Assembly (NCBI GenBank): GCA_016748015.1
Contig: JAAOMT010000697.1
Location: 690,868 to 754,867 of the forward strand
Source: Geosiphon pyriformis uo1
Lineage: Eukaryota; Fungi; Glomeromycota
Direction: 5' to 3'
DNA: 64,000 nucleotides
Position numbers and translations under genes: made by a program. The notes beneath the pieces are model-generated. The model was given only the letters and a program-made list of their open reading frames with translations, searched no databases and had not been told where the DNA came from. Positions 1-12,698 of this stretch are shown here, piece by piece. Position 1 is the stretch's first letter, and the number at the start of each line of letters is the position of its first letter.

Positions 1-1112
1 AAAAAATCTGATTTTGTGTGAACTACAGAAAACTCAATGGTATAACTAGTGGAGACAACTATCCAACTCCACGAATACAGAAATTATTCAACACTTTCAG
101 TAGGAACAAATGGTTATCAACATTAGACTTGGACAGTGGTTACTGACAAGTAGCCATGAATTCAGCCAACAAAGAGAAGATGGCATTCACTACTAGAGAA
201 GGGAATTTCGAATTTGAAGTGATGCCATTTGGCTTAACCAATGCTCCAGCTACCTTTCAACGGCTAATAGAAATTGTTTATACTGACTTATTATGGAAAT
301 CAGTAGTTGTATACTTGGACAACACCAATGTATTTTCAAAAACATTTGATGATCTTCATCATCTTCAACAAGTGTTTGAAAAACTAAGAAGAGCAGAACT
401 AAAGTTAAATGCAACAAAGTGTTTTTTTGGCAAGACAAAACTAAAATTCTTGGAACACATAGTCAGCAAAGACAGCATCAAAACAGATCCAGAGAAAATA
501 GAGATAGTAAAGAACTCTCCAGTGCTGACCAATATGACAGAACTGAAATCATTCTTGGGATTTGCCAGCTATTATCGGCATTTTATCAAGAACTTTTCCA
601 AGATAATACAGCCATTCAACCAACTGCAAACCAAGAATACAAAATATGAATGGACAGAAAGTCAACAAAAAGCTTTTGATATTCTGAAAAGAAAGCTTAT
701 TCAAGCTCCAGTACTGATCTATTCAGATCACAACAAACCATTCATTATTACCACCAATGCATCTGGCCAAGCATTGGGAGCAGTATTATCTCAGAGAGAA
801 CCAAACAACAGAGAACATCCAGTAGCATATGCCAGCAGAGGTTTAACACTAGCTGAAAAAAACTATGGAACACCAGAACAAAAACACTTAGTGATATACT
901 GAGCAGTCATAAAATGGAAAGAATACTTGAGCCAGAAGTTTGAAGTATACACAGATCACAAAGAATTAACATCACTTCAAAAACAAGAATTTGGAGATGG
1001 AAGACAGTCAAGATGGAAAATGGCACTCACACCATATAATTATACTATACATTATAAAAAGGGAAAAGACAACAGAAATGCTGATGGTTTGTTGCGAATG
1101 AGACAAATCTAA
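1..1112 (+). pseudogene. pol: E1 reverse transcriptase-RNase H, with premature stops
   Basis: ORFs 156-902 and 927-1112: MPFGLTNAPATFQR, FLGFASYYR, TNASGQALGAVLSQ, PVAYASR, YTDHK, ends MRQI*. Confidence 0.93.
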
Positions 1113-1173
1113 GAACATTTTAACCCAAAATATAACAAAACCAGAACAATACCAACAAAAAATATAACAAAAG

Positions 1174-2556
1174 ATGAATATACAAAAATATCAACAACTG
1201 CAACATTATATAAACACTCAACAGTTTAAGGAGAATTTATCTCAAATGGAACAAAAGAGTATCAAACAACAATCAAAATATTTTATCACTCACCAAAATA
1301 TACTGTATCAGAAAAATAGAAAAGATTTAGAGCAACCAACCAAAGTAATTACAGAGTCAGAAAAAGAGACAATATTATTCAACATGCACTCAAATCCAAC
1401 AGCAGGACACTTTCACAAAGAAACAACCATAGAAAGAACCAGAAAAAGATACTATTGGCCATTAATATATCCAGACATCATCCAATATGTTCAAAATTGT
1501 GATGCTTGTCAGCAAAAAAGAGGTACAAAATCCAGTGAACCATTAAGACCAATCAAAGTGGGACAACCATTCGACCATGTTGGAATTGATTTAGTCAGAT
1601 TATTAACAATCACCAGTGGAGGAAACAAGTACATAGCAGTAGCCATGGACTATCTCACTAAATAGTCAGAGACAAAAGCAATTCAAAGAGCGGATGCAGA
1701 ATCTGTTGCCCAATTTGTTCATCAAGATTTAATTTGTCGACATGGATGTCCAAAAAAATTATTATCAGACCAAAAAACTTATTTTGTGAACAGAACATTA
1801 ACAGAATTGAGCCAAAAATTCGGAATTAAGAGACCACTATCATCACCATACCATCCACAAACCAATGAATTAGTCGAAAGATTCAACAGAACATTGTGTG
1901 AAGCAATAGCTAAACTCAGCCAAGAAAACCAGAACGATTGGGATTTGTTAATATCATCAGTACTATTTGCTTATCAGACAATGAAGCAAGATACTACACA
2001 AGCAACACTATTTGAATTAGTATATGGTAGAACAGTAACACTACCAGTGGAAATAGAAGTCAGCACATATCCAACTGAACTAATAACAGAAGAAAATTTC
2101 AAAAACACATTGTTGAGAAGAACATATGACTTAATAGAAACATTAGAAAACAAACAACAAAGAGCAGCTAATAACATACAAAGATCACAAGAGAAACAAA
2201 AAAAAAGACATGATAACTAACTACCAGATAAACCAGTTGAATTCAAGATTAAAGACAAAATACTACTATATTGTACCAAAGTGGAAAAACAATGGAGTAG
2301 AAAATTTGACCCCAAATGGGATAGACCATTTCACATAGAAGAAATTCTAGAAAATAGAGCTTACAAATTAAGATTGAATAACAAAATCTTGACCAAAGCA
2401 GCACATAGAGATTGATTGAAACCATACCACCATATAGCATTATCATCCACCAGTAATATTCTACAATTAGGAGTACAGAGAATACTAGTCCAACCAGATG
2501 AGATTCCACGAGATTTGAAACCAATCATTATCATTAACAACAACACATCCAATTGA
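1174..2556 (+). pseudogene. int: E1 integrase (HHCC, DDE, GPF/Y), separate ORF
   Basis: MHSNPTAGHF..CDAC; GIDLV; YHPQTNELVERFNRTL; KWDRPFHI; no chromodomain visible. Confidence 0.92.
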
Positions 2557-2579
2557 TTGACAAAAGAATATATAAGAAC

Positions 2580-3239
2580 ATGGTTGACACAACAGAAGAG
2601 ATCAGAAAAATAAAAATTACGGACAATATCTATTCACTAGTCCAACAAATTTTTCAATTAATCTAATACCAGAAGATGGAAATTAAAATCAATCAACAAA
2701 CCATTCGTTACAAAAATACGGCAAAGATACCACAAAACAAAGCACAGAAAAGACTTGAAAATGTTGTTGACAAGATTATGACCAAGATAAAATTGGCCAT
2801 AACAGAACAACAAATAGTCGGATTACACCAAGAACTTACCAGAGAAACATGGACTTGGTGGACACAACAATTTCCAAAAAACTATTGTTATTTCTATTTG
2901 GAACAACACATAAATATCCAAAATTTGTACACCGACAAAACAAAATGGTTATTTGACACAATAATACTGAGACAACTAGAACAATTTGTGGAAAAGAACA
3001 ATCTAACCACACAAGCTCGAGCCATTTACTGGCTATATATGAGATTTCAAAACCGACCAGAAATCTTACTCAACACAGCAATGGATACAGTTACAAGTAA
3101 TCAATTGAGAAAAATGACCAACGCCTAATTTGAAGAACTACAAACTAAAATAACACAAGTAATACTCGAAAAAGAAGTTCAGAAAATAATTCAAGAAGGG
3201 GAATTAAAGGAGTTAGATTTTAATGGAGCTTAATATTAA
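2580..3239 (+). pseudogene. E1 accessory 3' ORF (~215 aa, unknown function)
   Basis: ATG at 2580 (MVDTTEEIRK), includes ORF 2676-3128; homologous ORFs in E2, E4, E5 and B; ends at the PPT. Confidence 0.75.
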
Positions 3240-3252
3240 AAGGAGGGAATAA
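3238..3252 (+). other. Polypurine tract of E1
   Basis: AAAAGGAGGGAATAA immediately before the LTR start TGTTAC. Confidence 0.85.
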
Positions 3253-4095
3253 TGTTACTCATAGAATATAAAAAATATAGTATTATTAATTAGTAGATAT
3301 TAGCCAATCAGATATAGACATAGTAAATATAGAATTCCAAGATTTCTCTCAGGAGAATTGCAGGATTCCAAGAAATTGCAGGATTCCAGAATTCCAGGAT
3401 TTCTCTCATCAGGAATTGCAGAATTCCAGAAATTCCAGGATTCCTGTTGTAAGGAATTGAGGAATCTCAAATATGTATATATAGCAATAATATTAAAAGC
3501 AGAAAAGACAGAATTAACACCAAGAATTCTTAGCTTAGTTACCACAATCCTCAAATAAATAATTATTCACTATATCAAACCCACTCTTCACTATCAACAC
3601 TTTATGTTAATAGTAATTGATACTTAACCACACTGGAACAATAGCTCTTGATCATGGCTATTGACAGAATACTAACTTGCAAATTGCCTTGGCTTATTTC
3701 TTATTTTATCTTTTATCTTTCTTTATATTTTTTTACTTCTTTATTTTCTGTAATTTTGTTATTGTGCACTAACCAATTGATTAAAAGCGCTGATTACTGA
3801 TGTCAAGGATTGCTTGGTAAAAGACTTCTGCAAGTGGGTAGAACATGTACAGAAAATATGGATTACTTACCAGAGGATTGCCAACCACCAAGCCGAGAAA
3901 AAAATTAACAGACTTGCGAGTCTAGGAAGCTACAGATAAAACAACTATTAAATCTCTGTTCATTATACAAAGGACTCATTTGGAAAACCTTCAGATACCA
4001 ACCACTTAAAGATATTATCAACAACACGAGTAGTTTTAAGCACCAAGTTATGGGTTTGATATTTGACCTGAGATCCCAAATAATCACTTGTAACA
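3253..4095 (+). repeat. E1 3' LTR
   Basis: TGTTAC...GTAACA termini; GGAATTCCAGGATTCC-type U3 repeats, TATATA box, AATAAA, two hairpins; homologous to the other family A LTRs. Confidence 0.92.
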
Positions 4096-4312
4096 TTGGC
4101 CACCATGCTGAGAAAAAAATTTGATGAAATTGCGATTCCGGGAGGCTACTGAACAACTATTGAATCTCTGTTTATTATACAAAAGACTCAACCAAAACCT
4201 TCAGATAAAAACAAAGTACCAATCTTACTAATATCATTCACCAGACTAATCATTAAGTACCAAGTTATGAGTTTGTTATTTGCCTTAAGACCCCAATTAA
4301 TCACCTGTAACA
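4096..4312 (+). repeat. E2 5' LTR, distal fragment
   Basis: Colinear with the last ~217 bp of the E2 3' LTR; ends TGTAACA before the PBS. Confidence 0.88.
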
Positions 4313-4331
4313 TTTGGTGCTTCTTGTAAGG
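4313..4331 (+). other. Primer-binding site of E2
   Basis: TTTGGTGCTTCTTGTAAGG directly after the LTR; family consensus TGGTGCTCCCTGTGAGG. Confidence 0.8.
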
Positions 4332-4374
4332 TATAATTTTACAAAGAACCAGCACCAATTACATTCATCCAAAA

Positions 4375-7300
4375 GTGGCAGAATCAGAAAGAATAGGAGC
4401 AAACTATTTAGAATTTGCAAAATCCTTATTTTAACAGTACAGCCAATGATTAAGATTAAACAATAACCATTTTCCAGCAGAATCAGTCTTCAACTTCTAC
4501 ATCAATGACAAAATCACAGACTACTTAGGAGGAACAATTAACATTGAATCTGCAAGAGAAAATTTCTATACAGAATTATTCCAACATACCAGCTTACCAA
4601 GAAACTACAGTTTCACACCAATCATCAGGGAAATAAACCAAATCATTGAAAGATATACATAACAACAATTTCCAATCACTTATGCAGACAAAGGAAAGAG
4701 AAAACTACAAATACCAATAGTGACATTAAAAAGAATCCAACCACCCACTTGGAAGAAAACTAGAGTTGAATTGCTAACAAACTCATCATACCACTATACA
4801 TTAGGAAGTGTCATTAACATCTTATCAACAGACGTGTTTACATCAAATGCAACATCAACATTTGGACAACTTTCATTTCAAAGTAAACAAAAGAAAGCAG
4901 AATTACTAGGAACTTATAACAATTATTTTGAAAAATTTAAATTGTGATTGCCAATGCTATCAAGATTCTGATCACCATTACCTCAACCAGATTTCGAAAA
5001 TGCAAGTCTTTAGGAAATAATGAAATCAGAAGAGGAGGAAAAAAAAAAAGCTGAAGATCAAAAATTTACTTATCAAAACCCGATTCCAAAAAACCTAGAC
5101 ATTGAAACCCTAAACTTTTGGACTTAGCAAGATCCAAATTTAGAAAATCCAGAAATTGAAACTCCAAATTTTCAAACTTAGCCAAATTGGAATGATCGAA
5201 ACCCCAATATTAATAATCAACAACACTTACTTCCAGAAATTGTCATCAACCCATCACCAGTTGCTTTATAACAACAGCCACTACCACAACTCCAAATTCA
5301 ATTATCACTTTAACCACCACAACTCCAAATTCAATTATCACTTTAACCACCACAACAAATAAACTTGAATCAAATAGTGTATGCTCCAATAACAAAACTC
5401 GAAAAGTTTACTGGCAAAGATGACAATGCCCAAGTATGGCTGAACGATATGGGAAAAGTCATTGCAGCCAATAGATAAGATAATGCCAAAGCCATATAAG
5501 CCATCTCCTACTTTCTCCAGGATATTGCCAACTTATGGTATCAAAGCTTAGCCAACAAACCCCAGGATTTCAATGCATTCAAGCTTGCATTACTACAATA
5601 TTTCAGCAATAATAATAGTATTAATCATCTAGCAAACACTTTCACCACCATCAAACAAGAAGAAAATAAAGCAGTTACTATTTATTTAGAATGCTTCTAC
5701 AGAAATCTGTGTCAAATTCAGGCAATCCAGGCTGATTATTTTACAGCGTCACAAATCCTAAATCAATTCATTAGAGGCCTATGCAGCAGCATATTCCAGC
5801 ATGTACATCCAATGTATCCAATAAACCTTCAAGCTGCAGTTACAAATGCTAGAGATTTTGAAACAGCTGAACTCAAAGCCAACCACATCCAAGCTGTTAA
5901 TCTAATAATGAATGGATCATCTGAATTGGATTTCAAATTAAAACAATTCAGTAATTCAATTAATCAGAAATTAAAAGAATACTTAGCTAACAATCAGGCA
6001 ATTTATCAACCTCTACAATAATGCAATAATCAAGGAAACGCAAATTGTTTTCAGAATTAGTTATGTCCATCATCCTCAATCAATCAACAGTGGCCACAAA
6101 AGATGCATGTTTGTCACTACTGTGGTAAACAAAAACATTTGAGGATTGACTGCAGGTTAAGAATAGATAACCAATGATCAGAAAATCAATATCAAAACCC
6201 CAATTGCTGGTTTCAAACTCCAAGTTACCAAACCAACCCAGTACTATATCAACTGACTTATCTGCTAATGACACAACAGCCAATATATTAACCATCTGTA
6301 TATTAACCTCTAGTTTATAAACTGCAGTTATCAGTAATATATCAACCACCACAGCCACAAATAATTTATCAGGCATCTGCAATTCAAACATCACCATCAA
6401 ATCCAGCTCAAATAACATCAGAAAACCCTAGATTAAGACCCAAAACTGGAGATTGGCAATAATTGTCTACCAACCAATTCCCAGTTCATTCAACCAGCCA
6501 TCAGGATCACACCAGTGGAGTTTAAGAACTGGGTATACTCAAAACCTGAGTTCCCAAAACTATTTAAGTCTCTTGGTTACTCCAAAAGACACTCCATCCA
6601 ATAACTTGAAAACAAATCAGAAATTACTTACCAGCAACATACTACCAGCCACTGTCATGGAAGATGAGTCACTCGCAGTTATATTCCCCTTCGAAATTGA
6701 GGACTCAACATCTATGCCCTTGTTCAGTGGAGCTGCACTCAAGGAAAAACCAATTACTGCTATGTACATAGATGCCAAAGTTAATGATCACTTTATCAAA
6801 CTTATCCTAGATAGTGGATTAGCAGACAGTATTATCATTAGGCAACTCATGAATCAATTAGGTTGCTGAGTTGACCATGCTGCCAGTGCTAAAATTATAA
6901 CAGCTGATGGAGCAACAAAAACTCCAATTGGTGATATTGATGATCTACCCATTGAAATCAATGGCATCATAGTACTCATCAAAGTTCTAGTAATAGAAGC
7001 AATGTAATACCAGGCTTTGGTTGGAAATGACTGGCTGTCAAAAACCAACGCCATGCTTAACTGGAACACCCAAAAATTACAGCTCAGCCAGAACAGTCAA
7101 CACATATGTATACTAGCCACGTGTGGCCATTTCAAGACCACTAACACATTAGCACTGCTCATTGAGTTTGAGGAAGAAGAAAAGAAACCTACCTGAGAAG
7201 TCTATCAAGTGTTATGGACTGAAAAAAACCACAACAAGTTACTACCAATACCCTCCTGGGATGACAACGGGAAAGGAAACAGAAGGAAAAACTTACCTGG

Positions 7301-10300
7301 AATTCCAACCAAGCTTGGAAAACCAACAACAACTAAGAAGAGCTAATAAATTGGGAGTAGGAGAAAAATGCAAAAGGAAAAAGAAAAGAAAAGAAAAAAG
7401 AACCAATATTACTCACCACCACTACTTATAATCACTATACTTACATTACACCACAATGATCTGCCTATTGTTGACCAAAGCTCATATGTGCCAATTGTGA
7501 CAAGAAATTGTTATCAATGAGTGCATGCTGTGGCAACGACAAAAAATACACAATGACAACAAAATTCTATTGCTGTCCATACATCCTTGACCACTTTGGA
7601 AGACCGAAACAAATTAGAAAGTAAGATAACAAACCATGCTTGGCTTGTGGAAAAACTCTTCTAGATGAAGGAATATGGAACAACATTCCTAGATAAAAAA
7701 AAACATGCAACAAATTGTGTCAGTACATGATTCTCATAAGTGACTGGATAGAAAAAGGAACACCCATAGAAGCTGCTTGGAGATGAGCAGTCAAATGTCT
7801 GGACAGATGTCCACATGATAATGACAAAATCTGGTAAATGGCACTTGCCAAAATAGAAAGAGCATTACCAAAAGAAATAAAAACAATTAAAAATAATTTA
7901 CCTGAACCTATAAAACTTGACTGGGACCCAGAACCAGTTATAAATCTCCTAGATCTAGAACAATTTTATAAACACTACCAGAAATTAGCACCCATTAGAA
8001 AGGAACAAGAACAACGGTTGAAAGAAATAAATACAAGACTATGTAACTATTGCTTAATTTTATGTAACTTTTAATATTGTAATGAATATGATCTCATTTA
8101 CAATCCACTAATCTGCATGATCTACATAATTCCAGAAGAGAAGGAACCAATTAGCAGCTGCACATCAGAATTGGAATCAACTTGCAATCTTGATTCAAAC
8201 TCTGACAATGACAATGATAAAAACAACAGTTTCAGCTCTGCTCAATGTGACAATAGAAAATATAGTGATTCAAATCCGATTTAAACCCCAAAACATATAT
8301 TTCACTTCCTGATCTCACCAAAGAACAGAAACTTAAATGGTTCAGCAATAATAATGAAGATATTATGCCAGAACACATGCATGATACTAATGCAGAGTTT
8401 GATCTGAGATATCTGAAAAAAAATCTCATCAAATTGGAACCCCATTTGCACACTTGTATTAATCTCAAAATAGCACTGAAAATTACAGCAACAACAATAG
8501 TTCAGTTAGCATTTAGAAATAGCTTAGCCAAAAAGGGAATCAACATCAAAAGAGGAATAATTGACACAGAATATGTAGAAAATATCATTGTAATGCTACA
8601 AAATGACTCAGAAAAGACATATATTATAGATCTAAATAAAAAGATAGTACAGGCAATATTCCTGTCTCTGGTTAAAATAGCTCAATTAGTATCAGTAGAA
8701 AACAGAAAAGAATTAGGGATCACAGCTAAAAAGATACAGGGATTCAGATCCACAGATAGAATAAATATACCAGTAAATATGGCAAAGAAAGAAATTATTG
8801 ACAAAGGAGAAATTATTTCCACCCATCAACCAATTTCTATTCCACCATATGACCAGTACATGGTAGTCATAGAAAGAAAAGTAAAAGATCAGATACAGAT
8901 TTTTGAAGCAGAAGCAACACTTTGTGAATTAGGAAAGATCGGATTAGTCAATCTACACATACCAGCCAAAAACCACAGCCACATTAAAATCTCTATTTAC
9001 AATAATACAAGAGACATTATTAAGATACCAAAAAAAACCACCATTGGATACTTAACCACAGAAATTGAAGACCAGACACCATTTCAGACTTTCTACAACT
9101 GTGTAGATATGTGAATATTACATCTCAAACCATATATAGATGAGAAGAATGTTATTTGCTCTAATCAGAACAATTAGAACAAATGAACATGGGAAACTTA
9201 GATCTATTACAACATATGCAGCTCAAAATGTTACTCAACAATTTCAATAATATTTTTGTCAGTGAAAACAAATTTGGCAGAACTGATATTATTCAACATT
9301 AAATCAAAACTGGAGATGCAATGCCAATTAAACAGAAAGCATACAGAGTACCACCAGCTAGCCATGAGATCATTCATCAAGAAATCAATTGGATACTTGA
9401 CAATAGGCTAATTCAGCTATTAATGAGTCCATAGTCATTACCAGTGGTACTAGTCTGGAAGAAGAATGGAAAAATCCACTTTTGTGTAGATTATTGGAAG
9501 TTGAATGGAGTAACCAAAAGAGATAGCTATCTAATGCCAAAAATCCAAAAGCTGTTTGATGCTTTTGGAAGAAAGAAATGGTTTTCAACATTAGACTTAG
9601 ACAGTGGTTACTAACAAGTAGCCATGAAACCAGAAGACAAGGAGAAAACAGCTTTCACAATTCAGGAAGAAAATTTTGAATTTGAAGTAATGCCATTTGA
9701 CTTAATGAATGCTCCAGCAACATTTCAATAGCTTATGGAAATTGTTTATACTGAGTTACTGTGGAAATCAGTAGTTTTTTACTTAGATAACACCAATGTG
9801 TTCTCAGAGACATTTGATGATTATTTGCATCATCTTCAACAAGTATTTAAAAGATTGAAAAGAGCAGGATTGAAATTAAATGTGACCAAGTGTTTTTTTT
9901 GGCAAAACAGAGTTGAAATTTTTGGGACATGTCATAAGCAAAGATGGCATTAAAATAGATCCAGATAAAATTGCAATAGTAAAGAACTTTTTAGTACCAA
10001 TCAACTTGACAGAATTGAGAGCATTTTTGGGATTCGCTGGATATTATCACTGTTTCATCAAAAACTTTTCTAAACTGGTCCAGCCACTTCATTACTTACA
10101 AACTAAGAATGTAAAGTATGAATGGACAGAAGTTCAACAAAAAACATTTGACACACTGAGAAGAAAGCTTATTTAAGCTTTAGTGTTGATGTATCCAGAT
10201 CACAACAAACTATTTATTATCACCACTGATGCATTAGGCCAGGCATTGGAAGCAGTACTATCACAGAAAAGACTGGATGGAAGAAAGTATTCAGTAGCTT

Positions 10301-10584
10301 ATGCCAGTAGAAGCTTAAGTCCAGCTGAAAAGAACTATGAAACCCCAGCACTAGAACACTTAGCTATCTATTGGGCTGTTATTAAGTAGAAAAAATACTT
10401 AAGTCAAAAGTTTGATGTATATACTGATCACAAAGAATTGACTTCAATTCAGAAGCAGGAATTTGAAGACGACCACCATGTCAGATAGAAAATAGAACTT
10501 TTACCATTTAATTATACAGTACATTACAAAAAGGGAAAAAAAAATGGAAATGCCAATAGTTTGTTGTGAATGAGACAAATTTAA
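4375..10584 (+). pseudogene. E2 Gag-protease-Cys-rich-dUTPase-RT-RNase H polyprotein, degenerate
   Basis: Capsid (YAPITKLEKFTG), CHYCGKQ knuckle, LILDSG protease, dUTPase ORF 8365-9114, RT FYLDNT, RNase H TDALGQALEAVLSQ. Confidence 0.9.
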
Positions 10585-10614
10585 AAACATTTTAACCCAA
10601 AAATATAACAAAAG

Positions 10615-11991
10615 ATGAATATACAAAAATATCAACAACTACAACATTATATAAATACCCAATTGTTTAAAGAGAAATTATCTTAAAAGAAACAAAGGAA
10701 CATAAAACAACAATCAAAATATTTTATCAACTGTTAAAATATACTTTACTGGAAGAACAGAAAAAATTCAGATCAACTAATTAGAGTAATCACAGAACCA
10801 GAAAAAGAGACAATATTATTCAACATGTACTCAGATTCAATAACAAGACATTTTCATAAAGAAACAACCATGGAAAGAACCAAAAAAAAATATTATTGGC
10901 TATCAATGTATTCAGACATCATCCAATATGTTCAAAATTGTGATGCTTGTCAGAAAAAAGAAGGAACAAGACCCAGTAAACCATTAAAACCAATCAAAGT
11001 GAGACAACCATTTGATTATATCAGGATTGACTTAGTTAGATCATTAACAATCACTGGTAGAGACAACAGATATATTGCAGTAGCCATAGACTATTTTACT
11101 AAATAACCAGAAGCAAAAGCCATTCAAAGAACAGATGCAGAATTCATTGCCGAATTTATTCATCAAGACTTGATATGTTAACACAAATGTCCAAAAGAAC
11201 TATTATTAGATCAAGGAATTCACTTTGTAAATAGAACATTGGCAGAATTAAGTCAAAAATTTGGAATAAAAAGACCATTATTATTACCATACCATCTACA
11301 AACAAATGGACTAGTTGAAAAGTTTAACAGAATATTGTGTGAAGCCATTGCCAAAATCAGCCAAGAAAACCAGGACGAATGAAATTTAATTATACCAACA
11401 GTATTATTTGCTTATTGGACAATAAAGCAAGACACTATACAAGCAATACTATTCAAATTAGTATATGGTAGAACAGCAACATTACCAGTTGAGATAGAAG
11501 TCCAAACCTATCCAACAGAACCAATAACAGAAGAAAATTTCCAAAGAACATTTTTGAAAAGAACATATGACTTAATGGAAACACTAGAAAACATATGGCA
11601 AAAAGCAGCTGATAACATCCAAAAGTTACAAGAGAAACAAAAAAAAAGACATGATAACCAACTACCAAATAAATTAGTTAAATTCAAGATTGGAAACAAA
11701 GTACTTTTATATCATACTAAAGCAGAAAAACAATAGAGTAGAAAATTTGACCCCAAATGGGATGGATCATTTCACATAAAAGAAATTCTTGGAAATGAAG
11801 CTTATAAATTAAGATAGAACAACAAAATCTTAGCCAAAGCAGCATATGGAGATTGACTAAAACCATATTACTATATAGTATTACCATTTATCAGTAATAT
11901 TCCACAATTAAGAATACAGAGAATACTAGTCCAACCAGATGAGATTTCACAAGATCTGGAACCAATTATAATTATTGGACCAAACATGTAA
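10615..11991 (+). pseudogene. int: E2 integrase
   Basis: MNIQKY start; HF..CDAC; RIDLV; KWDGSFHI. Confidence 0.88.
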
Positions 11992-12020
11992 TATTAAACA
12001 AAAAAAGAGAATATAAAAAC

Positions 12021-12684
12021 ATGGTAGACATAACAGAAGACTTCAGAAAAATGGAAATCACTGACAACATCCACTTACTAACACAACAACTCTTCCAATT
12101 AATTCAACAACAGAAGATAGAAATTACTATCAATCAACAAACCATTCGATACTGAGATACCAAAAAGATATCCAAATACAGAAATCAAAGAAAAACAGAA
12201 ACCACTATTAACAAAATGATTCTGAAAATAAAATTGCAATAGAAGAACCAACAAGTGTTACCACATATTAAGAGTTGACCAAAAAAATTTGGAAATGATG
12301 GATACACAAATTTCCAAGAAACTTTTGTTATTTTCACTTGAGATAACACTTAAATATTCAAAACTTATACATAGATAAAACAAAACAATTATTTGACACA
12401 ATAGTACTGCAACAACTGAAACAATTTGTGGGAAAGAACAATTTGATTACACAAGCCAAAGCCATCTATAGACTATATATGGGATTCCAAGACAGACCAG
12501 AAATCTTAATCCAGAATTGGACTCTATTACAATTAACCAAATGGACAAAATAACCAACACCCAATTTGAAGAATTACAGAACAATATAACCTAAGTAATT
12601 CTCAAAAAAGAAGTTCAAGAGATACTCAATGACAGAGAGTTAGAGTTAAGAAATTTGAGAGATCTTGACAGAGCTCAATATTAA
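12021..12684 (+). pseudogene. E2 accessory 3' ORF
   Basis: MVDITEDFRKMEITDNIH..., homologous to E1 2580-3239; ends ..RAQY* at the PPT. Confidence 0.72.
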
Positions 12685-12698
12685 AAAAAAGAAAATAA

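Larger units (their letters stand above)
1..4095 (+). mobile_element. Ty3/Gypsy LTR retrotransposon E1 (family A), 3' half; inserted into the 5' LTR of E2
   Basis: RT (FEFEVMPFGLTNAPATFQ, VVYLD), RNase H, integrase, 3' ORF, PPT, then LTR TGTTACTC...TGTAACA; followed directly by the distal part of another LTR. Confidence 0.93.

Noticed and set aside
2580-3239. env gene in the third-ORF position
   Set aside because: No signal peptide, transmembrane helix or furin-like site visible
3331-3470. Heat-shock elements in the U3 repeats
   Set aside because: TTCnnGAA pairs occur, but I could not find a clean three-unit nGAAn array
3300-3558. Overlapping ORFs in LTR repeats (also 47018-47260 and 46544-46804)
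   Set aside because: By-products of near-palindromic GGAATTCC repeats or antisense LTR sequence; not conserved between copies
4081-4312. Apparent tandem duplication or misassembly of an LTR end
   Set aside because: 4096-4312 matches the E2 3' LTR subtype, not E1; explained by E1 inserting into the E2 5' LTR
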